From positions 2,124 through 66,123 of the forward strand of contig JAWOEL010000080.1 of assembly GCA_046482735.1 (NCBI GenBank): a stretch of 64,000 nucleotides of DNA. The letters are read 5' to 3'. This document shows positions 1 to 9,992 of the stretch, piece by piece (position 1 is the first letter of the stretch; every line of letters starts with the position of its first letter). The notes under the pieces were generated by a model. It made no database searches. It saw nothing but the letters and a program-made list of their open reading frames with translations, and was not told where the DNA came from. This DNA comes from Bacteroidales bacterium (GTDB lineage Bacteria; Bacteroidota; Bacteroidia; Bacteroidales; UBA1715). The position numbers and the translations under genes were made by a program.

Positions 1-684
1 CAATATATATATACCAAAGATGAGCGATATCCAGGCCCACACATGTTTATGATTTTTTATAGCGGTGATAAATCCATAAACATAACATGCAAGTCCCAAC
101 ATTACAATTGTTTCTTTGAGCATTGCCGATGTCCAAAAAAAACCGGAAGGAATTAACACTATTGAAATAAATAAAAAATAATTTAATTTCGGATTAAAAG
201 AACGTATTGTTTTGTATAGTAGTATATATGAAAATATTGAAATAAAACCGGCACACACATTATGAACCCAGATATTACCGAAAGAAAATAGCATAATCAG
301 GGCATTTATTTTTATAATTGTACGGTTATCGTTACCAAGTCCATAATCAATTTCTCTTTTCCAAAAACTAAGGGCATTGTAGTAAGTATCTAATTCAGGA
401 TGAGAATTGGTATCATAAAACAAGAGTTTAAAGAAATGAGAAACAGAATGCTCAAGTGAGGAGTAAATGATTTTAGCATCGTCAAAATATTTAAAAATAT
501 CAGCTTCTATTCGTACTGGATAATAGTTTGTGTATATCCAATACATTATACCTGAGGAAATAATTTTAAGAATAAATATTCCTGCCAGAATCCAAAAAGG
601 AAGTTGCGTTTTTTTGAAGAATGGATGTCTGTATAGTATACAGGTAAAAAGAATAAAGTATAGTAGTGGTAGAATGAAATTCAT
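1..684 (-). CDS. integral membrane protein, N-terminal part (gene runs off the left edge of the window)
   Basis: Hand translation of the minus strand from the ATG at 684 (MNFILPLLYFILFTCILYRHPFFKKTQLPFWILAGIFILK...) stays open to position 1. It has several hydrophobic segments. It is absent from the ORF track, presumably because it is truncated by the window. I recognise no family. Confidence 0.5.
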   Translation of the reverse strand, partial: MNFILPLLYFILFTCILYRHPFFKKTQLPFWILAGIFILKIISSGIMYWIYTNYYPVRIEADIFKYFDDAKIIYSSLEHSVSHFFKLLFYDTNSHPELDTYYNALSFWKREIDYGLGNDNRTIIKINALIMLFSFGNIWVHNVCAGFISIFSYILLYKTIRSFNPKLNYFLFISIVLIPSGFFWTSAMLKETIVMLGLACYVYGFITAIKNHKHVWAWISLIFGIYIL

Positions 685-702
685 ACATAGAAGAGTATTA
701 AA

Positions 703-1548
703 TTATTTTATATTATTACTTTTATGCGAAATAATATAATGTGGTATTTCTGTAATATTTTCAATAATATAATCTATGTGTTGTGTATCCGGATGTATCA
801 TATTTTGTGTTGTTTCGCCAGATAAAACGAGAATAGTTTTAAAGTTATGCTCAGCCATCTTCATATCGGTATATAATCTATCACCTACCATACATATATG
901 TTCCGGTTTTGTATGTGTGTATTCACACATATACTTTGCTGCAGTTTTTTGCGGTTTTCCAAAAAAACGAGCATTTTTCCCACTTGACTTCTCTATTAAT
1001 GCCGTGATAGCTCCGCAGTCCGGAATAAATTCGTTATTAGACACTGGACAAAGTATATCTTCATTTGTAGCCAAAACAGGTATATTTTTTCGTGCATAAT
1101 GATTGGCAATTTCTAGTTTATGATAATGTAAACTTGTATCAAAACCTATGACAACAGCCTCTACGAGTTTGTTTTTTTGGGAAATAATTGATATACCGGC
1201 TTTGTTTAGTTCTTGGAGCATTTCATCAGTGCCAATACACGAAATGTGTGTAATTTTATGTGAGTTTAAATATGAAATAAGTACATCTGTTGATGAAATT
1301 ATTTGGTTTTTTTTAATATAATTAAGACCTAAACGGTGTAATTTTTTTATGTAAAAATCTTTGGAATGAGATGAATTATTGGTAAAAAAATAAAAAGGTA
1401 TGTTTTGAGATTTTAAAAATAAGAAAACATGGTTCACATTACCTATCAACATATCTTCACAATAAACAGTTCCATCTAAATCAAAGACAAAACAAGATAT
1501 ATGAGAATGACCAAGCTGTATCATACAAAATATAAAAAAAAGCCCCAT
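703..1548 (-). CDS. HAD-superfamily subfamily IIA hydrolase (NagD-like sugar phosphatase)
   Basis: HAD motif I is present as FVFDLDGTVY, there is a FFTNNS motif, and motif IV is GDRLYTDMKMA. Length and layout are typical of HAD-IIA. The true start may be the internal Met at 1524. Confidence 0.75.
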   Translation of the reverse strand: MGLFFIFCMIQLGHSHISCFVFDLDGTVYCEDMLIGNVNHVFLFLKSQNIPFYFFTNNSSHSKDFYIKKLHRLGLNYIKKNQIISSTDVLISYLNSHKITHISCIGTDEMLQELNKAGISIISQKNKLVEAVVIGFDTSLHYHKLEIANHYARKNIPVLATNEDILCPVSNNEFIPDCGAITALIEKSSGKNARFFGKPQKTAAKYMCEYTHTKPEHICMVGDRLYTDMKMAEHNFKTILVLSGETTQNMIHPDTQHIDYIIENITEIPHYIISHKSNNIK

Positions 1549-1575
1549 TTTTTTTTAATGAGGCTTTATAAATTC

Positions 1576-2835
1576 TTATCCGAAATCATCAAAATAAATA
1601 TTTTCCCGTTCAACTCCTAAATCATGGAGCATATTTATAGCAGCGTTAGCCATTGGGCCGGGACCACACATGTAATATTCGATATCTTCAGGAGCATCGT
1701 GTTTGCTTAAATATTCATCATAAATAACCTGATGAATAAATCCGGTGTATCCATCCCAATTATCTTCCGGTAACGGATCACTCAATGCAATATTAAAAGT
1801 AAAATTCGGGAATTCCTCTTCAATTTTTCGGAATTCTTCCTCATAGAATATTTCCCTTTTAGAACGAGCCCCGTACCAATACGACACTTTTCTATCACTT
1901 TTTAATGTGTGGAATAAATGGAATAAATGAGAACGTAATGGAGCCATACCAGCACCACCACCAATATATAACATTTCATTTTGAGTGTCTTGAATAAAGA
2001 ATTCACCAAATGGTCCCGAAATAGTTACTTTATCGCCCGGTTTCCGAGAGAAAATATATGAAGAACATACTCCCGGAGGAACTTTTGCCCAATCATTTTT
2101 TTCTCTGTCCCATGGAGGTGTGGCAATACGTATGTTAAGCATTATAATGTTTCCTTCAGCAGGGTGATTTGCCATAGAATATGCTCTGAAAGTTTCTTCC
2201 GTATTTTTGATATGTAATCCCCAAAGTTTAAACTTATCCCATTCAGATTTAAAACGTTCATCAACTTCAATATCTTTACCGAAATCGCATTCATATTTCG
2301 GTACATCAATTTGAATGTATCCCCCCGGTTTAAAATCAAGAGTTTCACCTTCAGGAAGTTTTACCACAAACTCTTTAATAAACGAAGCAACATTTCTGTT
2401 CGAAACAACTTCGCATTCCATTTTCTTAACACCCAACACATCTTCAGGAACCCATATTTTCATGTCTTCCTTTACTTTTACCTGACAAGCCAGTCTCCAA
2501 TCATTTGCTTGTTCTTTTTTACTAAAGAATGGTTTTTCAGTTGGCAAAATAGAACCGCCACCATCAAGCGTTTTGCATTTACACATGCCACATGATCCAC
2601 CGCCGCCACATGCAGAAGGAAGAAATATTTCCTGTCCTTGAAGAGTATTTAAAAGAGTGCTTCCCGGTTTAACTTTTACCGGTTCCAGGTCATTAACCTG
2701 AAAAGATACTTCCCCTGAAGGAAGTAATTTAGCTTTTGCATATAATAATATTCCAACTAATAATAAAATAATTATTAGAAAGATAATAATACTTGAAATA
2801 ATAACAATCCCCGCTGATGCGTCAAGAAAAATCAT
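1576..2835 (-). CDS. nqrF: Na+-translocating NADH:quinone oxidoreductase subunit F
   Basis: N-terminal TM helix, a 2Fe-2S ferredoxin Cys cluster ([12 protein letters not shown]), and FAD/NAD-binding motifs RAYSMAN and GGGAGMAP. It is the last gene of a six-gene nqr operon. Confidence 0.95.
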   Translation of the reverse strand: MIFLDASAGIVIISSIIIFLIIILLLVGILLYAKAKLLPSGEVSFQVNDLEPVKVKPGSTLLNTLQGQEIFLPSACGGGGSCGMCKCKTLDGGGSILPTEKPFFSKKEQANDWRLACQVKVKEDMKIWVPEDVLGVKKMECEVVSNRNVASFIKEFVVKLPEGETLDFKPGGYIQIDVPKYECDFGKDIEVDERFKSEWDKFKLWGLHIKNTEETFRAYSMANHPAEGNIIMLNIRIATPPWDREKNDWAKVPPGVCSSYIFSRKPGDKVTISGPFGEFFIQDTQNEMLYIGGGAGMAPLRSHLFHLFHTLKSDRKVSYWYGARSKREIFYEEEFRKIEEEFPNFTFNIALSDPLPEDNWDGYTGFIHQVIYDEYLSKHDAPEDIEYYMCGPGPMANAAINMLHDLGVERENIYFDDFG

Positions 2836-2847
2836 ATGTTTAACTTT

Positions 2848-3465
2848 TTATAATTTAATACCCATAAAACTCATAAATGCGATACCCATTAATCCGGTAG
2901 CAATAAATGTAATTCCTAATCCTCTTAATGCAGGAGGCACATTAGAATATTGAATTTTTTCTCTGATAGCAGCAATTCCAACAATTGCTAAAAACCAACC
3001 AATGCCAGAACCAATACCAAATACTGAAGCCTCTGCAATATTATTATATTCGCGTTCTTGCATAAATAATGAACCACCTAAAATTGCACAGTTTACAGCA
3101 ATTAAGGGAAGAAAAATACCTAATGATGTATAAAGTGTAGGTGCAAATTTTTCAACTATCATTTCAACAAGTTGAACCATTGACGCAATTACCGCAATAA
3201 ACATGATAAAACTTAAGAAACTTAAATCAACGTCTTTAAAAGAAGCATCTACCCATACTAAAGCACCGCTTTCTAAAATATATTCGTTTATAAGGTAATT
3301 TGCCGGTACTGTTATTCCCAAAACAAATATTACAGCAATACCTAAACCTGTTGATGTTTCTACAGTTTTTGAGACAGCAAGATACGAACACATACCCAAA
3401 AAGTATGCAAATATCATGTTGTCTATAAAAATGGACTTAACAAAAATGTCTAATAAATTTTCCAT
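2848..3465 (-). CDS. nqrE: Na+-translocating NADH:quinone oxidoreductase subunit E
   Basis: A 205-aa polytopic membrane protein of the NqrE/RnfA type, sitting between nqrD and nqrF. Confidence 0.9.
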   Translation of the reverse strand: MENLLDIFVKSIFIDNMIFAYFLGMCSYLAVSKTVETSTGLGIAVIFVLGITVPANYLINEYILESGALVWVDASFKDVDLSFLSFIMFIAVIASMVQLVEMIVEKFAPTLYTSLGIFLPLIAVNCAILGGSLFMQEREYNNIAEASVFGIGSGIGWFLAIVGIAAIREKIQYSNVPPALRGLGITFIATGLMGIAFMSFMGIKL

Positions 3466-3480
3466 ATCTCTCTGTTATTC

Positions 3481-4143
3481 TTAATTTTCTTCAATTAATT
3501 CTTTATTGCGTGAGCGTTGAACCCAAATAATTATACCAACAACTAATAGTGCCATTGGAGAAAGTAACATTAAGCCATTGTTTTCATATCCCCAGTTATA
3601 TAAAGCATCAGGTATTATTTGAATTTCACCTGCACCGGGTAACGTTATAGTCCCAGCACCTAAAACTTCTCGTATAAATGCGACTATTACCAAAATTACA
3701 CCGTAGCCAAGACCATTACCTATACCATCGAGTAATGAACGCCATGGTTTGTTGCCTAATGCAAAAGCTTCCAGCCGTCCCATAATTATACAGTTAGTAA
3801 TAATTAGTCCGACAAAAACTGAAAGTGCTTTACTTACTTCATACGAAAATGCTTTGAGTATTAAGTCAACAATAATTACTAATGATGCAATTACAACCAG
3901 TTGAACAATGATTCGTATTCTATCGGGAATTGTTTTTCGTAAAAGTGAGACAATAACGTTTGCCAGACCTAATACGGCGACTACTGAAATTGATAAAATT
4001 ATTGCAGGTTCTAATTTTACCGTTACTGCCAGTGCAGAACAAATTCCCAGACATTGAACAGTAATAGGATTATTTCTGCCTAAAGGACCGGTTAATAATT
4101 GTATATTTTTTTTAGAAAACAATGGTTCTTTTTCTGTACTCAT
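3481..4143 (-). CDS. nqrD: Na+-translocating NADH:quinone oxidoreductase subunit D
   Basis: A 220-aa polytopic membrane protein of the NqrD/RnfE type (NPITVQCLGICSALAV), in the expected operon position. Confidence 0.9.
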   Translation of the reverse strand: MSTEKEPLFSKKNIQLLTGPLGRNNPITVQCLGICSALAVTVKLEPAIILSISVVAVLGLANVIVSLLRKTIPDRIRIIVQLVVIASLVIIVDLILKAFSYEVSKALSVFVGLIITNCIIMGRLEAFALGNKPWRSLLDGIGNGLGYGVILVIVAFIREVLGAGTITLPGAGEIQIIPDALYNWGYENNGLMLLSPMALLVVGIIIWVQRSRNKELIEEN

Positions 4144-4148
4144 TGGAT

Positions 4149-4880
4149 TTATTTTTTATGTGATTGCAAAAATGGTAAATATCCTTCCAGAGAATTTTGT
4201 AACATATTTGTAACGCCGTTTGATGTTATGGTACCACCTGATACCGCATCAACACCATGTGGATTGTTTGGTTTAGCTCCACCTTTTATAACTTCTATAG
4301 ATTTGAATTCTCCTTGTTTATTAAAAATTTTCTTATCCGGAAACTGATTCATGAAACTTTCATTGCTAATTTCTGCACCAAGACCGGGTGTTTCTCCTTT
4401 ATGGTCAAATACGACCCCAAACACGGTTGATAAATCTTCTTTTAAAGATATATATCCCCAAATAGGCCCCCAAAGCCCTTTTCCACGAAGCGGTATAACG
4501 TATACTGTTTTTCCTTCAACCGATGCTTTGTAAAGCGGCAAATTGCGATCGCTTTCAGGTTTGCTATATACATCTTTCAAGTTTAAATCAAATGCGTATA
4601 CTGTATCAATTGATTTACCTTCTTTTTTAATTATATATGGAACTGTATTTCCGTCCGGTTTAATGATAAATGATTCTGTAACATATTTATTATATAAATC
4701 CTGTACATCTTTTCCTTCATAAGGTATTTGTAATGTTGCCAGAATATTTTCTCTTTTTTCATTTTCAACGTTTGCTATTTGCCTGTCTTTGAGTGAGTAT
4801 GCAGTAAATGAGAGAACAGCTGCAACTATTACTACAAGAACAATGGCATAAATAAAAACATATGTATTACTTCGTTCCAT
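4149..4880 (-). CDS. nqrC: Na+-translocating NADH:quinone oxidoreductase subunit C
   Basis: Single N-terminal TM helix and an FMN-attachment-type motif (DAVSGGTITS), in the expected operon position. Confidence 0.9.
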   Translation of the reverse strand: MERSNTYVFIYAIVLVVIVAAVLSFTAYSLKDRQIANVENEKRENILATLQIPYEGKDVQDLYNKYVTESFIIKPDGNTVPYIIKKEGKSIDTVYAFDLNLKDVYSKPESDRNLPLYKASVEGKTVYVIPLRGKGLWGPIWGYISLKEDLSTVFGVVFDHKGETPGLGAEISNESFMNQFPDKKIFNKQGEFKSIEVIKGGAKPNNPHGVDAVSGGTITSNGVTNMLQNSLEGYLPFLQSHKK

Positions 4881-4912
4881 ATATATATAATTAATATATT
4901 AAATTTTCAATT

Positions 4913-6106
4913 TTATTCTATTACGATTTTCCCTCTTCGTAAACGTTTTTTTATGTTAGCTTGTATAATGTAATGATCTATAAGTGGAGCAAAAACATTC
5001 AAAAATAGTATTGCTAACATCATGCCTTCTGGATAGGCAGGATTAACTGTTCGTATTAATATTGCAAAAACTCCAATTAAGAAACCATATATCCATTTCC
5101 CTCTGTTTGTTTGAGATCCTGTAACGGGGTCTGTTGCCATAAACACAGCACCAAATGCAAACCCACCTATAAGTAGATGTTCTAGTGCAGGTGTATTCAT
5201 TAACACATTACCTTCCGGAGCAAAAGCATTTAATAGAGCAGCCATTAAATAGCCACCTACAAAAACAGAAATCATTATTCGATAGCTTGCTAAACCTGTG
5301 TATAGTAGTATTGCAGCTCCTATTAATATTGCAATTACCGATGTTTCACCTACAGAACCGGCATAGTTTCCGATGACCATATCGATCATTGATAATTTAT
5401 TGTCTACAAAACCACTATAAGCTTCGGTTACAGAGTTAACTTTTTGTCCTAAAATTGTTTCTCCCGAAAATCCATCAACAAGTAGTTCTTTGTTTTTTTC
5501 GAATCCGTTTATCCATACTGTGTTTCCTGACATATGTGCAGGATATGCGAAAAATAAAAATGCCCGAGTTAATAATGCCGGATTTACAATGTTCATACCG
5601 GTTCCTCCAAATGCTTCTTTCCCGATTAAAACAGAAAAAGCTGTAGCAACAGCAAGCATCCAAAGAGGTATATCAACAGGAACAATTAGCGGTATAAGCA
5701 TTCCGGTAACCAAAAAACCTTCATTTATTTCGTGTCCCCGTATATAAACGAAAACAAATTCGAGACCTAACCCTACTCCGTAGGAAACAATAATGAGAGG
5801 TAATACTTCAATAAAACCATGTATAAATGCGTCTAATATCGGTACAGATTCTCCAATTGACATGTAATATAAATCACCAATATTCCACATGCCAAAAAGT
5901 AATGCGGGCAACAATGATATTACTACAATAATCATTGAGCGCTTCATGTCAATAGCATCACGAATATGACTGCCTTTTTGAGTTACCTTGTCGGGAACAA
6001 AGAAAAAAGTTTCAAAACTTTCGTATACCGGCAACCACTTTTCATATTTTCCACCTTTTTCAAATTGTGGTTTTGTTTTCTCTATTAAATTTTTTATTAT
6101 TTTCAT
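4913..6106 (-). CDS. nqrB: Na+-translocating NADH:quinone oxidoreductase subunit B
   Basis: A 397-aa polytopic protein of the NqrB/RnfD family (FMATDPVTG, GETSV), in the expected operon position. Confidence 0.9.
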   Translation of the reverse strand: MKIIKNLIEKTKPQFEKGGKYEKWLPVYESFETFFFVPDKVTQKGSHIRDAIDMKRSMIIVVISLLPALLFGMWNIGDLYYMSIGESVPILDAFIHGFIEVLPLIIVSYGVGLGLEFVFVYIRGHEINEGFLVTGMLIPLIVPVDIPLWMLAVATAFSVLIGKEAFGGTGMNIVNPALLTRAFLFFAYPAHMSGNTVWINGFEKNKELLVDGFSGETILGQKVNSVTEAYSGFVDNKLSMIDMVIGNYAGSVGETSVIAILIGAAILLYTGLASYRIMISVFVGGYLMAALLNAFAPEGNVLMNTPALEHLLIGGFAFGAVFMATDPVTGSQTNRGKWIYGFLIGVFAILIRTVNPAYPEGMMLAILFLNVFAPLIDHYIIQANIKKRLRRGKIVIE

Positions 6107-6129
6107 TGAAATTATATCGATTATGAAAA

Positions 6130-7482
6130 TTAACTAAATTCTTTTTTTATTGTATCTAATCCTTGTCTGATAATTGATTGGATTTCAATTTTTGATGGGC
6201 AAATAAATTCACACAGTGCAAAATCTTCCTCGGCTACTTCATATATTCCTAATTGCTCCATTTTGTCAATATCATTGACTATAATTGATTTTAATAAATG
6301 AGTCGGGTATATATCCATTGGGAGAACTTTTTCGTATTGTCCGGTAAAAACAAACGGACGTTCACCGCCATGATAATTTGTGTCTATTCTGTATTCTTTG
6401 TCTGGTTGTAACCATGAAAAGAATGATCGATACACGCTAAATTTATTAAATCCCGGGGCTAACCATCCCATAAATTCCGGATATTTCCCTTCGTCAATAA
6501 CAGATATTTGAGAGTCGTAAAAACCAACATAACCATGACTTTCTATTTTTGTGCCTGTTAGCACATTACCGCTTATTATTCTTTGCTCTTTGTCTGTGTT
6601 TATTTGATGTGCGATAAGTTCTTGTGCAGAACTACCTAAAATTGTTTTGTAGTAATATGGTTTTTTTACATTTCCTGTTAATGTAATAATTTTTCGTGCA
6701 TCAAAAATTGATTTTTCAAAAAACCTTCCTATTAAAACAACATCTTGTGGGTTAATTGTCCACACAATATCGCCTTTGTTTATAGGGTCTAAATGATGAA
6801 TTTGAATACCGACATTGCCTGATGGATGTTTTCCTGAAAAATAGTTTATTTGTGTGTTTTTTGCATCATGAAAAGGGTTGTTTGCACGTGTTTCCTGAAA
6901 TATATTGATGTGTGTTTTTCCATCTGTTAATTGATTCAGAACATCAACACCTTTTAAAAACTCAGACTTGTATTCTGAAATTAAAAATGTATAATCCGGA
7001 GAGAGCGGTGCGGTGTCAAATGTTGAAATAAAAATTGCTTTTGGTGTGTCTTTTGGATCTGCAACGCATGCATATGGCCGTTGTATTATACATGGCCACA
7101 ATCCACTTTCCAACATTGATTTTTTTATTGCTTCTCGGTTGTCTTTTGAAATTGAAGGAGTCCTGAATTTTTTGTATTCTATTTCTTTATCAGTTTTCAC
7201 AACAATTTCAAGCAGTTTTCTTCGCTCGCCTCGGTTGATTTGCTCGATAGTACCACTTGCCGGAGAGGTTACTTGTATTTCCGGATTGTATTTGTCATGA
7301 AATATGGCATCTCCGGCTAATACTTTGTCTCCTTCTTTAACCGATAGTTTTGGCTTTATACCAATAAAATCTGTTGGTTTTACCGCAACTTTTTGAGGAA
7401 ATGGTAATTGATGAAAAATTCGTTCGGCCTTACCTTCTAAATTTATTGTAAGCCCTTTTTTTATATGTATTACCTTTGACAT
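6130..7482 (-). CDS. nqrA: Na+-translocating NADH:quinone oxidoreductase subunit A
   Basis: A 450-aa soluble protein and first gene of the nqr operon. Its N-terminus (MSKVIHIKKGLTINLEG) is typical of NqrA. Confidence 0.9.
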   Translation of the reverse strand: MSKVIHIKKGLTINLEGKAERIFHQLPFPQKVAVKPTDFIGIKPKLSVKEGDKVLAGDAIFHDKYNPEIQVTSPASGTIEQINRGERRKLLEIVVKTDKEIEYKKFRTPSISKDNREAIKKSMLESGLWPCIIQRPYACVADPKDTPKAIFISTFDTAPLSPDYTFLISEYKSEFLKGVDVLNQLTDGKTHINIFQETRANNPFHDAKNTQINYFSGKHPSGNVGIQIHHLDPINKGDIVWTINPQDVVLIGRFFEKSIFDARKIITLTGNVKKPYYYKTILGSSAQELIAHQINTDKEQRIISGNVLTGTKIESHGYVGFYDSQISVIDEGKYPEFMGWLAPGFNKFSVYRSFFSWLQPDKEYRIDTNYHGGERPFVFTGQYEKVLPMDIYPTHLLKSIIVNDIDKMEQLGIYEVAEEDFALCEFICPSKIEIQSIIRQGLDTIKKEFS

Positions 7483-7635
7483 TGTGCACTAAAATATTTT
7501 GTTAAAATTATTTGGTACAAAAATAAATAAATTATTTTGTCTACATATTTTTTTTAATAGTATTTTTGAAAAAATACAGAAATTTATGCGAACAAAAAAG
7601 TTTCTGTATATTTGCATAAATAAAATATAAAAATA

Positions 7636-8757
7636 ATGATACATAATTTTTTGGATACTGTTATTCAAACGGCTCATCCAAATACGCAAAAAATTTTCGA
7701 TAAAATCTTTTCGGGTACTCGTATTTCATTTGATGATTGTGTGCTTTTGTATAAATTTGCGAGTCTTTCATCTCTTGGTGTTGCTGCAGAAATTATGCGG
7801 ACAAAAAAGAATGACAGTCGTGTTTTTTTTAATAAAAACATTCATATTGAACCTACTAATATTTGTATTCATAATTGTTCTTTTTGTTCGTATAGTCGAA
7901 AAAAAAATCAAGCCGGAAGTTGGGAACTGTCAATTGATGAGATGGTGCATGATACAAAAAATCGAGTAAACGATTCAATTACTGAATTTCATATTGTCGG
8001 GGGGGTGCACCCGGATCGATCACTGAGTTTTTATGTTGATTTATTACGGCGTTTAAAACGTGAATTTCCCACAATTCATATAAAAGCCTTTACGGCTGTG
8101 GAAATTGATTTTATGGCGAAATCTTCTCAACTATCTTTTGAACAAACTTTATCTGAGTTGAAGAGTGTTGGGTTAGATTCTATGCCGGGTGGTGGTGCTG
8201 AAATTTTTGATGAATCTGTTCGTCATTCTATGTGTCCTTCTAAAACTTCATCTGAAAATTGGCTTGCGATTCATCATACGGCACATGATTTAGGCATTCC
8301 GACAACTGCGACTATGTTGTATGGGCATGTTGAGACGTATGAGCAGAGAGTCGATCATATGATGAGAGTGCGTGATTTGCAGGATAAAACTAATGGTTTT
8401 CAGGCATTTATTCCTTTGAAATATAAAAAAGAAAATAATGATTTGTCAGTTTTACAAGAAGGTTCGTGGATAGAGGATTTGCGTAATTATGCTATTTCTC
8501 GTATTTTTTTGGATAACTTTAGTCATATAAAAGCATATTGGCCTATGATAGGAAAAGATTTATCTCAAATAAGTTTAGCATTTGGGGTGGACGATTTTGA
8601 TGGAACTATAAATGATTCAACAAAAATATATTCAATGGCTGGTGCAGAGGATAAAAATCCGTCAATGAGTCAGGATGATATGGTTGAACTTATTAAACAG
8701 GTTCAAAAAACGCCGGTAGAAAGAGATTCTTTATATAATATAATACATACATTTTAG
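7636..8757 (+). CDS. radical SAM enzyme of the MqnE/MqnC/CofH family (futalosine-type menaquinone biosynthesis candidate)
   Basis: CxxxCxxC cluster in NICIHNCSFCSY. Its ~370-aa size and the GGGAEIF motif are typical of aminofutalosine synthase or cyclic-DHFL synthase relatives. A TATATTTG -7 box lies at 7607-7614. Confidence 0.7.
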   Translation: MIHNFLDTVIQTAHPNTQKIFDKIFSGTRISFDDCVLLYKFASLSSLGVAAEIMRTKKNDSRVFFNKNIHIEPTNICIHNCSFCSYSRKKNQAGSWELSIDEMVHDTKNRVNDSITEFHIVGGVHPDRSLSFYVDLLRRLKREFPTIHIKAFTAVEIDFMAKSSQLSFEQTLSELKSVGLDSMPGGGAEIFDESVRHSMCPSKTSSENWLAIHHTAHDLGIPTTATMLYGHVETYEQRVDHMMRVRDLQDKTNGFQAFIPLKYKKENNDLSVLQEGSWIEDLRNYAISRIFLDNFSHIKAYWPMIGKDLSQISLAFGVDDFDGTINDSTKIYSMAGAEDKNPSMSQDDMVELIKQVQKTPVERDSLYNIIHTF

Positions 8758-8761
8758 TACC

Positions 8762-9433
8762 ATGAATTTTTCGCAATCTGTTCGTGATTTTTTAATATAT
8801 AATATTTTTTCCCGCTTTATGTATATATTTATTATAGTGGGAGCTGTGCCTTTATTTTATTTCGAACAGGGAGATCTTGTTTTGTTGATGAATGAATATT
8901 GGGGCGGTCCTGTTTTAGATGTTGTGTTTTCATGTATTACTTTTTTGGGCAATGGCAGTGTGTTTATTATAACGTTTATGTTGTTTTTGTTGTATTCATA
9001 TAAAAAAAGTGTGTTTATAGGAGTTTCCGGTATTTTTGTGTTGCTGGCAAGTGGTTTTTTAAAGCATATTGTTTTTGGTCCGCTTCCTCGTCCTACTGCA
9101 TTTTTAGATATTGAAAGCTTTTTTTACATTATTCCGGATTTTCGGTATGCACAGTCTTTTTCATTTCCGTCCGGACATACGATGACAGCTTTCGCGTTTT
9201 TTTCAGCGGTTTCTTTTTTAACCAGAAATAAACAATTACAATATGTGTATGTTCTTATTGCTTGCTTAGTTGGTATTTCGAGAATGTATTTGTTGTTGCA
9301 TTTTTATCGTGATGTATACGCCGGAGCTATAGTTGGTGTTGCTCTTACTATTTTGGCAGTTAGTGTTGTGCAAAAAATAAATGTATCGAATACCGATGGT
9401 TTATTTTATAAAAAATTACGAAAAGAGGAGTAA
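8762..9433 (+). CDS. PAP2-family (phosphatidic acid phosphatase type 2 / undecaprenyl-diphosphatase-like) membrane phosphatase
   Basis: Polytopic membrane protein with PAP2 motifs PSGHT and SRMYLLLHFYRDV. Confidence 0.75.
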   Translation: MNFSQSVRDFLIYNIFSRFMYIFIIVGAVPLFYFEQGDLVLLMNEYWGGPVLDVVFSCITFLGNGSVFIITFMLFLLYSYKKSVFIGVSGIFVLLASGFLKHIVFGPLPRPTAFLDIESFFYIIPDFRYAQSFSFPSGHTMTAFAFFSAVSFLTRNKQLQYVYVLIACLVGISRMYLLLHFYRDVYAGAIVGVALTILAVSVVQKINVSNTDGLFYKKLRKEE

Positions 9434-9544
9434 AATTTGGGTGTTGCTATATGCTACGAATTGTATGTCCTAAAAAAACATATGTCGGTTATTTTTTTTG
9501 TAATTGATTGATTTGGTAGTTATTGAAAAAAAACAGTTAAAAAC

Positions 9545-9576
9545 TTTGTTGAATTTAAAATAAACATATATTTTTG
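9545..9576 (+). promoter_or_regulatory. Bacteroidota-type promoter for rpsO (-33 TTTG / -7 TAnnTTTG)
   Basis: TTTG at 9545-9548 and TATTTTTG at 9569-9576, spaced 20 nt apart, about 50 nt upstream of the rpsO ATG. Confidence 0.5.
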
Positions 9577-9624
9577 CAATCTAAAATTTTGATAGATATA
9601 CAAAAGAATTAATAAAAACAGATT

Positions 9625-9894
9625 ATGTACTTAACAACAGAAAGAAAGTCTGAAATTTTCGAAAAATTTGGTAAATCAGCGACTGATACTGGTTCTACCG
9701 AAGGTCAAATTGCTTTGTTTACAGAAAGAATTTCTCATTTGACCAGTCTTTTAAAAGTAAACAAAAAAGATTATGTGACGCAACGTTCACTTCTTAAATT
9801 AGTAGGAAAGAGACGTCAGTTACTTAATTATTTAAAACGACATGATATTGGTAAATATCGAGAACTCATTAAAGAACTGAACATTAGAAAATAA
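9625..9894 (+). CDS. rpsO: 30S ribosomal protein S15
   Basis: An 89-aa protein (MYLTTERKSEIFEKFGKSATDTGSTEGQIALFTERISHLT...) in the classical rpsO-pnp arrangement. Confidence 0.97.
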   Translation: MYLTTERKSEIFEKFGKSATDTGSTEGQIALFTERISHLTSLLKVNKKDYVTQRSLLKLVGKRRQLLNYLKRHDIGKYRELIKELNIRK

Positions 9895-9903
9895 CAAATG
9901 TTT

Positions 9904-9929
9904 AAAAAGGCAATTAATTGCCTTTTTTT
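9904..9929 (+). terminator. rho-independent terminator/attenuator between rpsO and pnp
   Basis: AAAAAGGCAATTAATTGCCTTTTTTT: a palindromic GGCAA/TTGCC stem extended by A/T pairs and followed by a T-run. Confidence 0.7.
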
Positions 9930-9992
9930 ATTTATATCCACTATGAAAATATAGGTAACTATATATTCAGAATCATAATTAATTATAAAAAC

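Noticed and set aside
530-1099. Plus-strand ORFs at 530-739 and 776-1099.
   Set aside because: They are antisense to the truncated membrane-protein gene and to the HAD hydrolase gene respectively, and they have no motifs.
9918-9992. The track's upstream start extends pnp by 25 codons.
   Set aside because: The extension would be translated through the rpsO terminator hairpin (9904-9929), and its sequence ([15 protein letters not shown]...) is not PNPase-like. The Met at 9993 gives a canonical PNPase N-terminus.
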